From an uncultured archaeon (GTDB lineage: Archaea > Thermoproteota > Bathyarchaeia > Bathyarchaeales > Bathycorpusculaceae): 64,000 nt of DNA. The DNA lies in contig CAWALK010000020.1 of the NCBI GenBank assembly GCA_963782915.1, positions 256,001-320,000 of the forward strand. The letters run 5' to 3'. The notes beneath the pieces are model-generated. The model was given only the letters and a program-made list of their open reading frames with translations. It had not been told where the DNA came from and did not search any database. The position numbers were made by a program, and so were the translations under genes. Of this stretch, positions 39,188 through 49,283 are shown piece after piece. Each line of letters begins with the position of its first letter. Position 1 is the stretch's first letter.

Positions 39188-40471
39188 TTAGGCTTTGTTT
39201 TCTTCAGGTGCCTTGAAAACTGGCAGGGTATAGCTTCCTTGAGGCATTGCCCAGACACGGGAGGCTGAACCTGCGATTTTGAAGGCTTCGTTTAAGGCGT
39301 CGTTTACTGCGCGCGCGGTTTTCAATTTAAAGATGCTTGTTGCATAGAAATCCGGCATTGAAGAAACCAAAATTATTGGGTGATTTTGCAGGGCTTTTAG
39401 GAGGTAGAGTGCTTTGTGTCCGCCCATGACGAAGTTGCGTTTAACCTCTTTCTCGACGGCTTTTATGTCTCCTAAACGTGTCATCCAGTCATAGAAGACT
39501 TGGTTGCCGTGGCCTTCGAGGCATTCAGCGACTAATATGATGACTCCGCCGCGTTTGACTGCATCTAAGGCGTTGTCTAAGCCCTTGTAGGCTTGGTAGA
39601 GGTTCATGTCAGCTGGGTATCCACCGGCGCTAACGACTATGATGTCGGCTCGGCGGTCCACTGTTATCTGGTACATTTCATCCACCAGTTTAACGCCTTC
39701 CAAGAATGCGGCTTCAACGTCGCCTGCGAAGGCTTTCACGATTTCGCCTTTCTTGTTCTCAACTACGTTAACGATAAAGTCTACTTTTGCTAGCCGCGCA
39801 GCTTCAGTCATATCCACATGCACAGGGTTACCTTCGAGGATTGCTGTTCTGGCGTTGGGGTTTACTAGCATGGCGTGGTTATGCTGGATGGTTTCGTTAC
39901 CGCACACCGCTGGCAAGACGCTTTTTCTTCCGCCGCCATACCCTGCATAATAGTGATAGTTCACGTCGCCAAGAAGCACTCGGACGTCGGCTTCGGCGAA
40001 GACGCGGTTAACCATTATTTTGTTGCCATAGGTTTTGGTTGTGCCTATGTTGACTAAATCTGTGGATGTGCAGCAGTGGCTAATTGCTTTGACTCGTTTG
40101 AGCGCCTCTGCTCCGAGGAGTTCGGTGGCTTCTTCGGGTTTAACTGCTCGGTGGGTTCCGCAGCCAAAAATTACTGTGACGTTTTCGTCTTTTACGCCTG
40201 CCTCATTGAGCTCGGCGAGCACTGGGATGAGCATGCGTTCGCTGGGGGCTTTGCGTGTAGCATCGTCAACTACGATGGCGACTTTGGATTCGGGCTTGGC
40301 GATTTCTAAGAGGCGTTTGGTTCCTATGGGTTCTTTTAGTGCGCGTTCGACTTCTGCTTTCTGGTCAGGTGCCGCTGCTCGGTCTTTGGGTTCAATGGTG
40401 CCGAGTAGGTTTCGGGCTGGAACGCGGACGCATACGTCAGTTTTTCCGTAAGGAAGCCAAACATCAACCAT
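39188..40471 (-). CDS. larA: Nickel-pincer-dependent lactate racemase family protein
   Basis: VDDATR, GCGTHR, HYYAGYGGGRKSVLP, NHAM, GNPVH.DM and NLYQAYKG. Confidence 0.9.
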   Translation of the reverse strand: MVDVWLPYGKTDVCVRVPARNLLGTIEPKDRAAAPDQKAEVERALKEPIGTKRLLEIAKPESKVAIVVDDATRKAPSERMLIPVLAELNEAGVKDENVTVIFGCGTHRAVKPEEATELLGAEALKRVKAISHCCTSTDLVNIGTTKTYGNKIMVNRVFAEADVRVLLGDVNYHYYAGYGGGRKSVLPAVCGNETIQHNHAMLVNPNARTAILEGNPVHVDMTEAARLAKVDFIVNVVENKKGEIVKAFAGDVEAAFLEGVKLVDEMYQITVDRRADIIVVSAGGYPADMNLYQAYKGLDNALDAVKRGGVIILVAECLEGHGNQVFYDWMTRLGDIKAVEKEVKRNFVMGGHKALYLLKALQNHPIILVSSMPDFYATSIFKLKTARAVNDALNEAFKIAGSASRVWAMPQGSYTLPVFKAPEENKA

Positions 40472-40603
40472 GCCAAGTCACTTATGTTGAATTTACTCGG
40501 TGCATGAAACTATTAAGCCTTATCAAGACGGGACCAAGAAAAGGCGGGTACGGCAGAGGGATATGACGAAGCTTTAAAACCAAGTTGGCGGTAGGAAGCC
40601 GTT

Positions 40604-41123
40604 ATGGATCCTAAATTCAAGCCCTTCAGTGATAGAATTTATCGGATTCTTATGGAATTCTTCTTTCTTTTTCAAGCATTCTGGATTTTTGGCAAATATA
40701 GCGACTATATCTACAGCAATTCGGCTGTTTATTTTTGCACTGGAATGGTGCTAGTGACTATGATTCCTGGTTAGCATTATACTTTGGGATGTTAGGCAGC
40801 TTAGACAGAGCAAGCTGCATTTTAAGACTGATCTAAAAACCAAAAGAATGACTTATGCCGAGTTAGGGACAGCTATTACTGCCTTTACCTTTTATGGAAT
40901 AAGCGCATACGCGCTGTCTATTTTTGATCCTTCAAACCCTGCTCTTTCCCAACTCGACATAAATAAACGGAGAATCCTCCACCCCTACCAGTCTTTATCA
41001 TTTGAACTAATCCTTCTGGCGTTCCTGTTCTATGCCATTACCCTTGCTTTGTTCTATGCGTTTCTTCCCAAGCAGATAGCCGAGGAACCACAAGCTGAAT
41101 CCTCAACCGTAACGACGTTTTAA
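40604..41123 (+). CDS. Hypothetical membrane protein (frameshifted)
   Basis: Hydrophobic ORF from the ATG at 40604 is broken near 40770 and resumes in ORF 40848-41123. Confidence 0.45.
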
Positions 41124-41191
41124 TGAAATACTTCTTTTATTATTCTTGTGCTTCGGTAAGTTTTTAAGCCCAAAAAACCCATACGCAGGTA

Positions 41192-41749
41192 ATGTCCACT
41201 TCCAAAGAGATTTCTACAAGCCTAGACGTTGGCTGCGGCGTAACCCCCACAGGAACCGTAAATGTAGATTTTGTTCGAAGCGGCGAAAACCTCCATGTCG
41301 GCGCAGTCATGCTGGACCCACGCAGCATCTCTAACTTTGTTGTCGCCGACGCCTCCCATTTACCATTCAAAGACGACGCATTCAGCCTAGTATTTTCTAG
41401 TCACGTAATAGAGCATGTGCCTGACCCCAAAAAAATGTTCGCTGAACTATGCCGAGTCTCCAAAGAGAAAGTGCTTATTCGGTGCCCACATAAGCGTGGA
41501 AGCGGCGCAAAAAGACCCCACCACTTAACCTACATCGATGAAGCATGGTTCAGGGATGCTGCCCAATCGATAGGTGTAGCGCATTGTGAGCGGATTACAG
41601 CGGTTGATTTCCCGATTAGCAACCGTTTGCCCCATAAGATGGTTAATAGGATTAACAAGGGGTTTGCTTGGCGTGTTTTTAGGCATGCCGAGTTTGTGCT
41701 GCATATTCCCTATGAAGTTGAATGCCAGGTCAATAAGGCTGCCAAATAG
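41192..41749 (+). CDS. Class I SAM methyltransferase (type 11)
   Basis: LDVGCG, ADASHLPFKDDAF, SHVIEHVPDP. Confidence 0.88.
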   Translation: MSTSKEISTSLDVGCGVTPTGTVNVDFVRSGENLHVGAVMLDPRSISNFVVADASHLPFKDDAFSLVFSSHVIEHVPDPKKMFAELCRVSKEKVLIRCPHKRGSGAKRPHHLTYIDEAWFRDAAQSIGVAHCERITAVDFPISNRLPHKMVNRINKGFAWRVFRHAEFVLHIPYEVECQVNKAAK

Positions 41750-41933
41750 CCTCAGTGGCATCGTTTGGCTAATCGCCCTTGTGTTGTCATTAATTCTGCT
41801 GATTGCATTCTATGGTCGGGATAGCATTTTCCTTTACGAAAATATTCTTGGTCTCATTCCAATGGCCTTCTCGATTTTGATGTGCGCTTCTTTTATCACA
41901 TACTTGCTCGGAAGGAAAAACAGAAATCAATAA
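41739..41933 (+). CDS. Possible small 2-TM membrane protein
   Basis: Hydrophobic 3' part of ORF 41586-41933 (LPNSLSGIVWLIALV...LLGRKNRNQ); start uncertain. Confidence 0.35.
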   Translation: MPNSLSGIVWLIALVLSLILLIAFYGRDSIFLYENILGLIPMAFSILMCASFITYLLGRKNRNQ

Positions 41934-41972
41934 ACAGGTAACGCTAACCCACCAAAGAGGCAGGCCCTAAAA

Positions 41973-42533
41973 TTAGGGTGTTTTGCAAATGCGGACTGCG
42001 TCGTCTTTAATGCCCCGCAATTGCTCAGCAGTAGGTTTACCCCTAAGGTCGCCAAGTCGGCCTTGAGTGCTGTGTTCTATTGAGCCGTGGAATTCACACA
42101 GAATATACCATTCCGCTGCAACAGTGAAGCCTATGTGGTCAAAGTATTGCCCTATATCTTTGCCTACGGGGATGGCTTCATTGATTCCTGTGTGTGGGCC
42201 TGAATAGGTTACGAAGACTATGGCTTTTTTGCCTTCAACTTTTGGGGCGTCAAGCTTTATTTTGCCGTTTTCTCGGTAGAAATTGAATTTTTTTTGCAAG
42301 AACTTGGTCATTTGTTCGGGTGGATGCCAGGAGTGGGATGGGCAGCCTACGCAGACTAAGTCGTAATCGTAGTAGTCGAGGTTTTCGGCTTCTTCGGGTT
42401 TTTTGATGGTTACGTGGACGTTTGCTTCTTCTAGGCCTTGTTTTATGGCTTTGGCTACTTTTTCTGTGTTGCCGGTTTTGGACCAGTAGATTATGAGTGC
42501 TGTTTCGATTTTTTTGAACTCGAAAGGTTTCAA
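41973..42533 (-). CDS. Flavodoxin family protein
   Basis: IIYWSKTGNTEKVA, YDLVCVGCP and FVTYSGPHTG. Confidence 0.88.
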   Translation of the reverse strand: MKPFEFKKIETALIIYWSKTGNTEKVAKAIKQGLEEANVHVTIKKPEEAENLDYYDYDLVCVGCPSHSWHPPEQMTKFLQKKFNFYRENGKIKLDAPKVEGKKAIVFVTYSGPHTGINEAIPVGKDIGQYFDHIGFTVAAEWYILCEFHGSIEHSTQGRLGDLRGKPTAEQLRGIKDDAVRICKTP

Positions 42534-42823
42534 ATTATTCGCCTAAATGACTTCAGTAGGAAATGCTGTTTCTTGCGGATTTTTATGTGTTTGCGCTTCA
42601 TATCCAAAAAAGGGACGGGACAAAGACTAACGGAACTTTTCGCAGAAGCAATGAAATTAGCGGTTAGAAGCCAGTGGTACCCAACTTATCCTTTACCAAC
42701 TTGCAGAGTAGGCCGCTGCAAATGCACACCAAAAACAAACTTAACCCAACAAACCGGCAGCCACCCACGCCACCTCTATGCATACGCATTGCCCCACCAT
42801 CGCTGGACCCACAAACGTTTAGC

Positions 42824-42908
42824 TTATAAATAAGGGAGGGGGCCTCTCTGAGAGCAACAAAAGCTCTTCTTATAGGGGATAGGGGCTAGCGGAAAAGCAC
42901 CAAAGCCT
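42824..42908 (+). repeat. Dispersed G-rich repeat pair, locus E
   Basis: TTATAAATAAGGGAGGGGGCCTCTCTGAGAGCAACAAAAG, then TTATAGGGGATAGGGGCTAGCGGAAAAGCACCAAAGCCT; colinear with locus A over ~85 bp. Confidence 0.88.
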
Positions 42909-42928
42909 ATTGTAGGTTGCTTTTGATG

Positions 42929-42956
42929 CTGCTTGCGTTTTGCTCCACAACCAGCC
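42929..42956 (+). repeat. 28-bp dispersed repeat, copy 2
   Basis: CTGCTTGCGTTTTGCTCCACAACCAGCC, 26/28 identical to 2870-2897. Confidence 0.75.
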
Positions 42957-43145
42957 TGCATCATAAACCAGACGCTAAACGCCAAAAGCAATTGGCCGCA
43001 CAACTGATTGGTTGTTGTTGTGTATAGGGCGATTTTTGCCAACAACTACAATAGAAAATTCTGAAATAACCCTTAGCCACGCCTTGATGCATCGGCGTAA
43101 CTTCTTATAAACAAACCCGACATACTAGAAGTAAGGAATCAAGTT

Positions 43146-43841
43146 ATGTCCATCCAAAAAACGCCCGAACCAAACACCATCTTCTTCACATGGTTCAACC
43201 AGTACAGCGGCATCCTACTCAAAACCCCCAGCAAAACCATCGTAATCGACCCGGTCGACATCAAAGTCAAAAACCTCACAACCGTAGACGCCATCCTAAT
43301 CACACATGAACACTACGATCACCTTGACCTGCAATTAGTCGGAGCCATCCAAAAAGCCACAGGCTGCATAGTCATCGCTGACCCCGCTTCAACAAAAAAA
43401 CTCCTCAACACTCTTATCCCACTCGATAAACTACAGGAAATTAAGCTGGGCGAGGAAGTCAAAGTCGGCGCAGTCACCATAAAAGCACAACAAAGCAACC
43501 ACAACGCCCAATCCCCAAACACTTACATAATCACAAGCGAAGACAACCTCAAAGTGTACCATACAGCCGACAGCTTACCCTTTCCCGAATTGGGGTTGAT
43601 GGGGCAAGAGGAACAATTTGACATAGTCTTCTGCACGGTTGGCGGTGCACCGGGAGCAAGCCCACAGTCAGGCTTCGAAATCGCATGGTTAACTAAACCG
43701 GCGCTGGCAGTCCCATATCACACTGCAACCGTTGCAAGCCAAAAAGAATTCGCTGACCTCATCAAAAAAGACCTGCGCAAAACAGCATGCTTGATTCCGC
43801 AGCAAAACAAAATCTATCAAGTCTCAAAGAGGCAAACATAA
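43146..43841 (+). CDS. Metallo-beta-lactamase-fold hydrolase
   Basis: IVIDP, ITHEHYDHL, YHTADS and VPYH. Confidence 0.9.
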   Translation: MSIQKTPEPNTIFFTWFNQYSGILLKTPSKTIVIDPVDIKVKNLTTVDAILITHEHYDHLDLQLVGAIQKATGCIVIADPASTKKLLNTLIPLDKLQEIKLGEEVKVGAVTIKAQQSNHNAQSPNTYIITSEDNLKVYHTADSLPFPELGLMGQEEQFDIVFCTVGGAPGASPQSGFEIAWLTKPALAVPYHTATVASQKEFADLIKKDLRKTACLIPQQNKIYQVSKRQT

Positions 43842-43842
43842 A

Positions 43843-44472
43843 ATGAAAACCGAGAAGGTTACCCTCGACAAGAAAGATAGAATGGCAAACATACTCTATA
43901 AAATCGACGCCATAAAATTCGGCGTCTACGAATTATCCTCCGGAAAAGCCAGCCCATACTACGTTGACTTACGTGTAATCCCCAGTTTCCCCGATGCTTT
44001 CCGCGAAATCTGCGACTTCTACGCCCAACAAATAACCGACGAAATCGGATTAAAAAACTTTGACCGCATCGCAGGCATACCCTTAGCAGGCATCCCATTT
44101 GCTTCACAAATCGCCTACAACCTCAAAAAACCCTTCCTCTACGTCCGCAAAGACATAAAACTCCATGGAAGAGAACGCCGAGTAGAAGGAATCCTTAGCT
44201 CAGGCGAAAAAGTATTGCTCCTCGACGACTTATTAACCACCGGTTTGACGCTTAAAGCAGCTGTTGACGCTGTTCGCGCTGAAGGTGGAGTTGTCGGTGA
44301 CGCAGTGGTGTTTTTGGATCGGGAAGAAGGCGGAAAACAGCTCCTAGAACAAAATGGCGTTAAAGTGCATCCGTTGCTAAAAATCAGTGAAGTAGCAAAT
44401 ACACTCTACGAAACAGGCGCAATAGACCAAGAAAGCAGAAAAACCATTCTAAAACAAGTAAAAAAGCAGTAA
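43843..44472 (+). CDS. pyrE: Orotate phosphoribosyltransferase
   Basis: LSSGKASPYYVDLR, YVRK..K.HG and the PRPP loop LLDDLLTTG. Confidence 0.95.
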   Translation: MKTEKVTLDKKDRMANILYKIDAIKFGVYELSSGKASPYYVDLRVIPSFPDAFREICDFYAQQITDEIGLKNFDRIAGIPLAGIPFASQIAYNLKKPFLYVRKDIKLHGRERRVEGILSSGEKVLLLDDLLTTGLTLKAAVDAVRAEGGVVGDAVVFLDREEGGKQLLEQNGVKVHPLLKISEVANTLYETGAIDQESRKTILKQVKKQ

Positions 44473-44476
44473 GCTT

Positions 44477-45037
44477 CTATTCGTAGTAGATTAGGTTGGT
44501 TTCTTCGAGTAGCGTATGCAATTTTTCCACTGCATCATAAACGTCCTGCTCATGTTTAGCGCCAGTGCATACAAGTTTGCCGCTGGCGAAAAGCAGAATC
44601 ACCACTTTAGGTTCTTCCATGCGATAGATTAAGCCCGGAAACTGCTCTGGCTCATACATTGCATGGCCCAGTGAATAAGCGGCTTTTTCAAGGTCAATCA
44701 TGCCCCCTAAGCCGCCGGAAGCAACAATATTTTGGATCTTTAATTCCGGTTTGCTGATGATTATTATGCCGCCTTTCTTGAGTTCCTTAACAACTTTGGT
44801 TACGGCGCGTTTGGCTTCTTTTTCGGATTTGGCGCCCGTGCAAACCATTTTACCGGAACTAAAAATCAAAGTCGCTGTTTTGGGGCGTTTGAGCCTGAAA
44901 ACTAATCCCGGAAACTGTTCAGGGCGATATTCAACGCCGGGGTAACCTTTGACGACTGAGTTTAAGTCGACTTTTTGGTTGAGCGTTGCGGAAGCGACGA
45001 CGTTCTCGATGCTTATTGTAGCTTTAACTTTTGGCAA
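44477..45037 (-). CDS. tbp: TATA-binding protein
   Basis: Two repeats, IENVVAS..YRPEQFPGLVFR..LIFSSGKMVCTGAKS and IQNIVAS..YEPEQFPGLIYR..LLFASGKLVCTGAK; TTG start. Confidence 0.98.
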   Translation of the reverse strand: MPKVKATISIENVVASATLNQKVDLNSVVKGYPGVEYRPEQFPGLVFRLKRPKTATLIFSSGKMVCTGAKSEKEAKRAVTKVVKELKKGGIIIISKPELKIQNIVASGGLGGMIDLEKAAYSLGHAMYEPEQFPGLIYRMEEPKVVILLFASGKLVCTGAKHEQDVYDAVEKLHTLLEETNLIYYE

Positions 45038-45101
45038 CCAATTCCTCCTCTGCTATACCGCCTGAATATTCACTTATCGAAGCCTTCGTTTATAAATACA
45101 C

Positions 45102-45797
45102 CTATGTTTGTGGCTGGGTTTGCTGCTGTTGTCCAGTTCCGTTTTCTGGTTTCTTTATGGGTTTTTTGATGGCGGGGATAACGAATTCTACAAAGACCAA
45201 TAGCATTATCAAACCAATAATTACTGGCAGCGCCCAATCGTTTTCTTTCATGAATAACGTGATTCCGCCCAAGTAGGGAATGCGCATGACTACTTTGCCC
45301 AAAACAAGGTTCTCAGGCACTCCTTGGCCGCTATTCCAAAGCGTATGTGAATCGTATTCTGATTCGCTGACATTAGTTGGCCAATGCACTCCGTTGCCGT
45401 CGCCTTTGGTTTGGAAATACCATGTACCATTAGCATCTTGGTACTTCGCTACTACTCGGTGTACGATGGGTGTGGCGTCTAAGTTGTTTTGTAAGCTGGG
45501 GTTTTGATACACGATTATGTCGCTGTTGGGGTAGTTAGCGTTCAAATCCTCAGCGTTTACTCCTTGAATGATGATTATGTCGCCGACATGTAGGGTCTGC
45601 TCAAATGGGTGGCTCCAGCCGTCACATCCAGATATTTCGGTGCACATGCTGCCGCTTTGAACAACTCGAATCGGAACCTCAGTGCCCAAAATCAGCCCCA
45701 AACCAAAAAAGAAACCCAATGCAATGCAAACAACCAAGGCAATAGCAATTGCGGTCTTTACATAATCGTTACTGAAGATTTTCTTGTAATCGGTCAC
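45102..45797 (-). CDS. Signal peptidase I (Sec11/S26B type)
   Basis: TM, VVQSGSM (catalytic Ser), GDIII, IVHRV, TKGDGN and GKVVMRIPYLG. Confidence 0.92.
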   Translation of the reverse strand: MTDYKKIFSNDYVKTAIAIALVVCIALGFFFGLGLILGTEVPIRVVQSGSMCTEISGCDGWSHPFEQTLHVGDIIIIQGVNAEDLNANYPNSDIIVYQNPSLQNNLDATPIVHRVVAKYQDANGTWYFQTKGDGNGVHWPTNVSESEYDSHTLWNSGQGVPENLVLGKVVMRIPYLGGITLFMKENDWALPVIIGLIMLLVFVEFVIPAIKKPIKKPENGTGQQQQTQPQT

Positions 45798-45908
45798 TGT
45801 AAGCCTTCACCGAGTTGGATAGGTTTCATAGCTGTTAGTGGGCAATAAAACTACCGCTTTTAAAAAGAAAAATAGAGAGTGCTCTATTTGAGGCACTGAA
45901 TTATAGGT

Positions 45909-46079
45909 TTAGATTTTCTGTTTGCTTAATACTTCGCGGAATACGTTGCCGCATTTGGGGCATTCGTAGAGGCCGATTTCTAGTTGCATACGTTTGCCAG
46001 CTTTATCTGGGCGACCTGCCATTTTCCATGTCTTTTTTGGTTTTGCAACTTCAGTTCCGCATTTTGGACATTTTCCCAT
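45909..46079 (-). CDS. Cren7-like chromatin protein with two CPKC motifs (56 aa; absent from the ORF track)
   Basis: MGKCPKCGTEVAKPKKTWKMAGRPDKAGKRMQLEIGLYECPKCGNVFREVLSKQKI; GGAGG RBS; K.W...(G/P)..G....IGL(F/Y)..P..G..FR pattern of Cren7. Confidence 0.8.
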   Translation of the reverse strand: MGKCPKCGTEVAKPKKTWKMAGRPDKAGKRMQLEIGLYECPKCGNVFREVLSKQKI

Positions 46080-46399
46080 TAAGTTTCCTCCGTATTATCG
46101 CTTTGATGCTTTTCGGCTGATTGGATAAAAAAGTTTCCATAGTGTTCCCATAGATATTCGCTGCTGGAACATGCGGATTAAACATGTTTATGTCAATGTC
46201 ATGGAAAGTCGGGTAGGGAAATGTCGAAAGCATCCGTTTACCCCATGATGATTCGCCAAGAACAACACCAATAAAGCAGCGTACTCCATGGAGCAGTCAA
46301 AATTGCATTCTATGCCTTATTATCTGAGAGTTTGCTCCGCAACATTTTTTATAGCACAAAAATAGCTTATGTTCTAATCAATTCGAAGGTCACTTTGTA

Positions 46400-49283
46400 T
46401 TGCAGGCAACTTCTGAGAACGCTTTTGAAATGCTTGTAAAGCCCGTGAGAAAGTTAGTGGAACAGAGAGGATTCTCTAAACCAACCGAGCCCCAAGAAAA
46501 AGTTATCCCAAAAATCCTCGACGGCAAAAACGTACTCTTAATTTCACCCACAGCAACAGGCAAAACCGAAGCAGCATTCCTACCCGTTCTCAGCATGCTT
46601 CTCCAACTGCCCAAAACTCCAGGCATAAAAGTCCTCTACATCACACCCCTAAGAGCCCTCAACCGCGACATGCTTGAGCGGCTGCAATGGTGGTGCAACA
46701 ACCTCGACATCAAACTAGCCGTAAGACATGGCGACACTGAACAAAAGGAACGCACACGCCAAAGCCAATGCCCCCCAGACATACTAATCACCACACCAGA
46801 AACCCTCCAAGCGATACTCTCAGGATGGCTACTACGTCAGCACTTGCAGAGCCTGAAATGGGTAGTCATCGATGAAGTGCATGAATTAGCCGATAGCAAA
46901 CGCGGAAGCCAACTGACACTGGCACTTGGAGCGTGTCCGAGGCTTAATCGGCAGGGAATTCCAAATGATTGGGTTATCCGCCACCGTGGGCAGCCCAGAC
47001 AGAGTAGCTAAATTCCTTGTTGGCAGCCAGCGCCCAGTTGAGATCGTTCGGGTTTCAGTGGCGAAAATGGTCAAGTTGCAAGTGATTTATCCCAAACCTA
47101 CCGCGGAAGACGTGCGTTTTTCATCTAAAATTTACACCCACCCCGAAGTGGCAGCTCGGCTGCGCATAATCCGTGACTATATGACTAAGTGCAAGTCGGT
47201 GCTTCTCTTTACCAACACACGTTCGGTTTCAGAAGTTTTGGCTTCCCGCTTCAAAGTCTGGGATGCCGATTTTCCGATTTCCATTCATCATGGCTCACTG
47301 GCTAAGCCCTCGCGCATAGCCGCCGAAAACGGGCTAAAGCGTGGCGACCTAAAAGGCTTAATCGCAACAAGCAGCCTCGAATTAGGCATAGACGTGGGGC
47401 ACATCGACTTTGTTATCCAATACATGAGTCCACGGCAGGTTTCACGGCTTATTCAGCGTGTGGGCAGAGCTGGGCATACTTATGGGAACTTGTCTGAAGG
47501 CTTAGTTATCGGCATGGACTCCGACGATACGCTTGAAGCGTTGGTTATTGCAAGACGGGCATTAAATGAAGAACTCGAACCAATCACTATACCCGACAAA
47601 CCCTATGATGTTTTAACCCATCAAATCGCGGGGTTACTGCTCAAGAATCGGCGCTTAACTTTCCAGGAAATCTTGGAGATATGCCAAAAAGCAGCACCAT
47701 TCGAAAACCTCACAATCGCCGACATCGAAAAAGTAATCAAGTACATGCATGGACGCTTCCCCCGCCTCGCTTGGGCATCGCTTGAAGATCAAGTTGTCCT
47801 AAAACCCCAACGCACAAAGGCGTTATTCGAATACTACTTCGACAACTTATCCATGATTCCCGTAGAAAAACAGTTCCTAGTAATCGATGAAACAGCAGAT
47901 TCATCCATCGGCGTCCTAGACGAGGCTTTTATGGCGGAATACGGCAAACCCGGAACCAAATTCATCATCCGCGGCAGTCCATGGCAAATCATCCACGCCA
48001 CCGAAGACAAAGTTTACGTTCGCCCAGTCGATGACCCAACAGGTTCCATCCCAAGTTGGATTGGTGAAGAAATCCCAGTGCCATACGAGATTGCGCAGGA
48101 ACTTGCGGAAATACGAGGCTTCGTCGAGGAAGAAACGCATCGGGGCTGTACTCCCGAGGGCATTAGTGCGTCGCTTTCACAGCGGTATCCTGCTGATGCG
48201 GAGAATATTTTGCATGCACTCGCTGAAACTTTGGAGCAAGTGCATAGCGGCTTCCCGGTTCCAACACCCCAACGGATTGTAGTTGAGGATTGGACCGAAT
48301 TTATAATTATACACAGTAACTTTGGCTCGAATACTAATCGGGCTTTAGCGCAGTTGCTTGGTCAAGTATTATCCGATAAACTTGGCCGCGGCATCATCGT
48401 TCAACATGACCCATACCGTATCTTTGTTCAAACTATGGGTGCCATGAGCGCCGAACGCCTCGTTGGAATACTCAAAGAAATCAAAGACTATCCTGAACAA
48501 ACCATACGCAACACATTAACGCTCTCTACAGTGAAAACAGGCTTATTCAAACGTCGAGTTATCCAAGTTGCACGCCGCTTCGGAGCGCTCAAAAAATGGG
48601 CAGACTTCAGCAACGTAAGCCTACAGAAACTCGTCAGCAGCTTCGAAGGAACCCCCATCTACGAGGAAGGCCTCAAAGAAGTATTCTCCAAAGACTTGGA
48701 TGCCGACGGCTTGGTTATGGTGCTTGGGCGTCTGCGCGACGGAGATGTGCGGTTACAGGTGGTTGATACTGGCGGTAATGTGACTCCTGTGGCACGTGTG
48801 GGTCTTGAACGTGTGAGTATGAAGACTGATTTGATTCCGCCTGAACAGATGCGCGCTGTTTTAGTTGAATCTGCCAAGGCACGTTTGCTTAATGAAACGG
48901 GCAATTTCGTGTGTACAAGCTGCTGGGATTACATGGAGATGATCCGAATCAAGGACTTACCCGATAAACCCAAGTGTCCTCGCTGTGGCTCATACGCGAT
49001 TGGTCTTCTAAAAGTTGAAGAGGAGAAAGCGGCTGGGTTACTTGAGAAGAAAGGTGAGCACCTCGCTAAGGGCGAGGAGAAGATGCAGTCAAACGCTAAG
49101 AAAACCGCCGAATTAATCGAAAAATACGGAAAAGCGGCGGCGGTGGGGTTGAGTGCACGACACGTTTCAGTCGCTGACATTAATGAGGTATTAGATAAGG
49201 AGCCTAAACTCTCGGATAAATTCTACGAGTTAGTGCTTGAAGCAGAACGTAAAGTCCTCAACAGGCGTTTCAATGCTAAGTAA
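46400..49283 (+). CDS. Lhr-like SF2 helicase with C-terminal zinc finger (frameshift near 46925)
   Basis: PTATGKTEAA, PLRALNRD, DEVHE, SAT, HHGSL, TSSLELGIDVG and QRVGRAGH; C-terminal CTSC...CPRC. Confidence 0.93.

Noticed and set aside
42438-43045. ORFs 42438-42833 and 42824-43045, and likewise 51203-51466 and 21582-21806
   Set aside because: They span the non-coding repeat loci in inconsistent frames and strands, so the repeats are not a conserved peptide.
46051-46233. 60-aa minus-strand ORF upstream of the Cren7-like gene
   Set aside because: It overlaps the RBS and start of the better-supported 56-aa gene in another frame.
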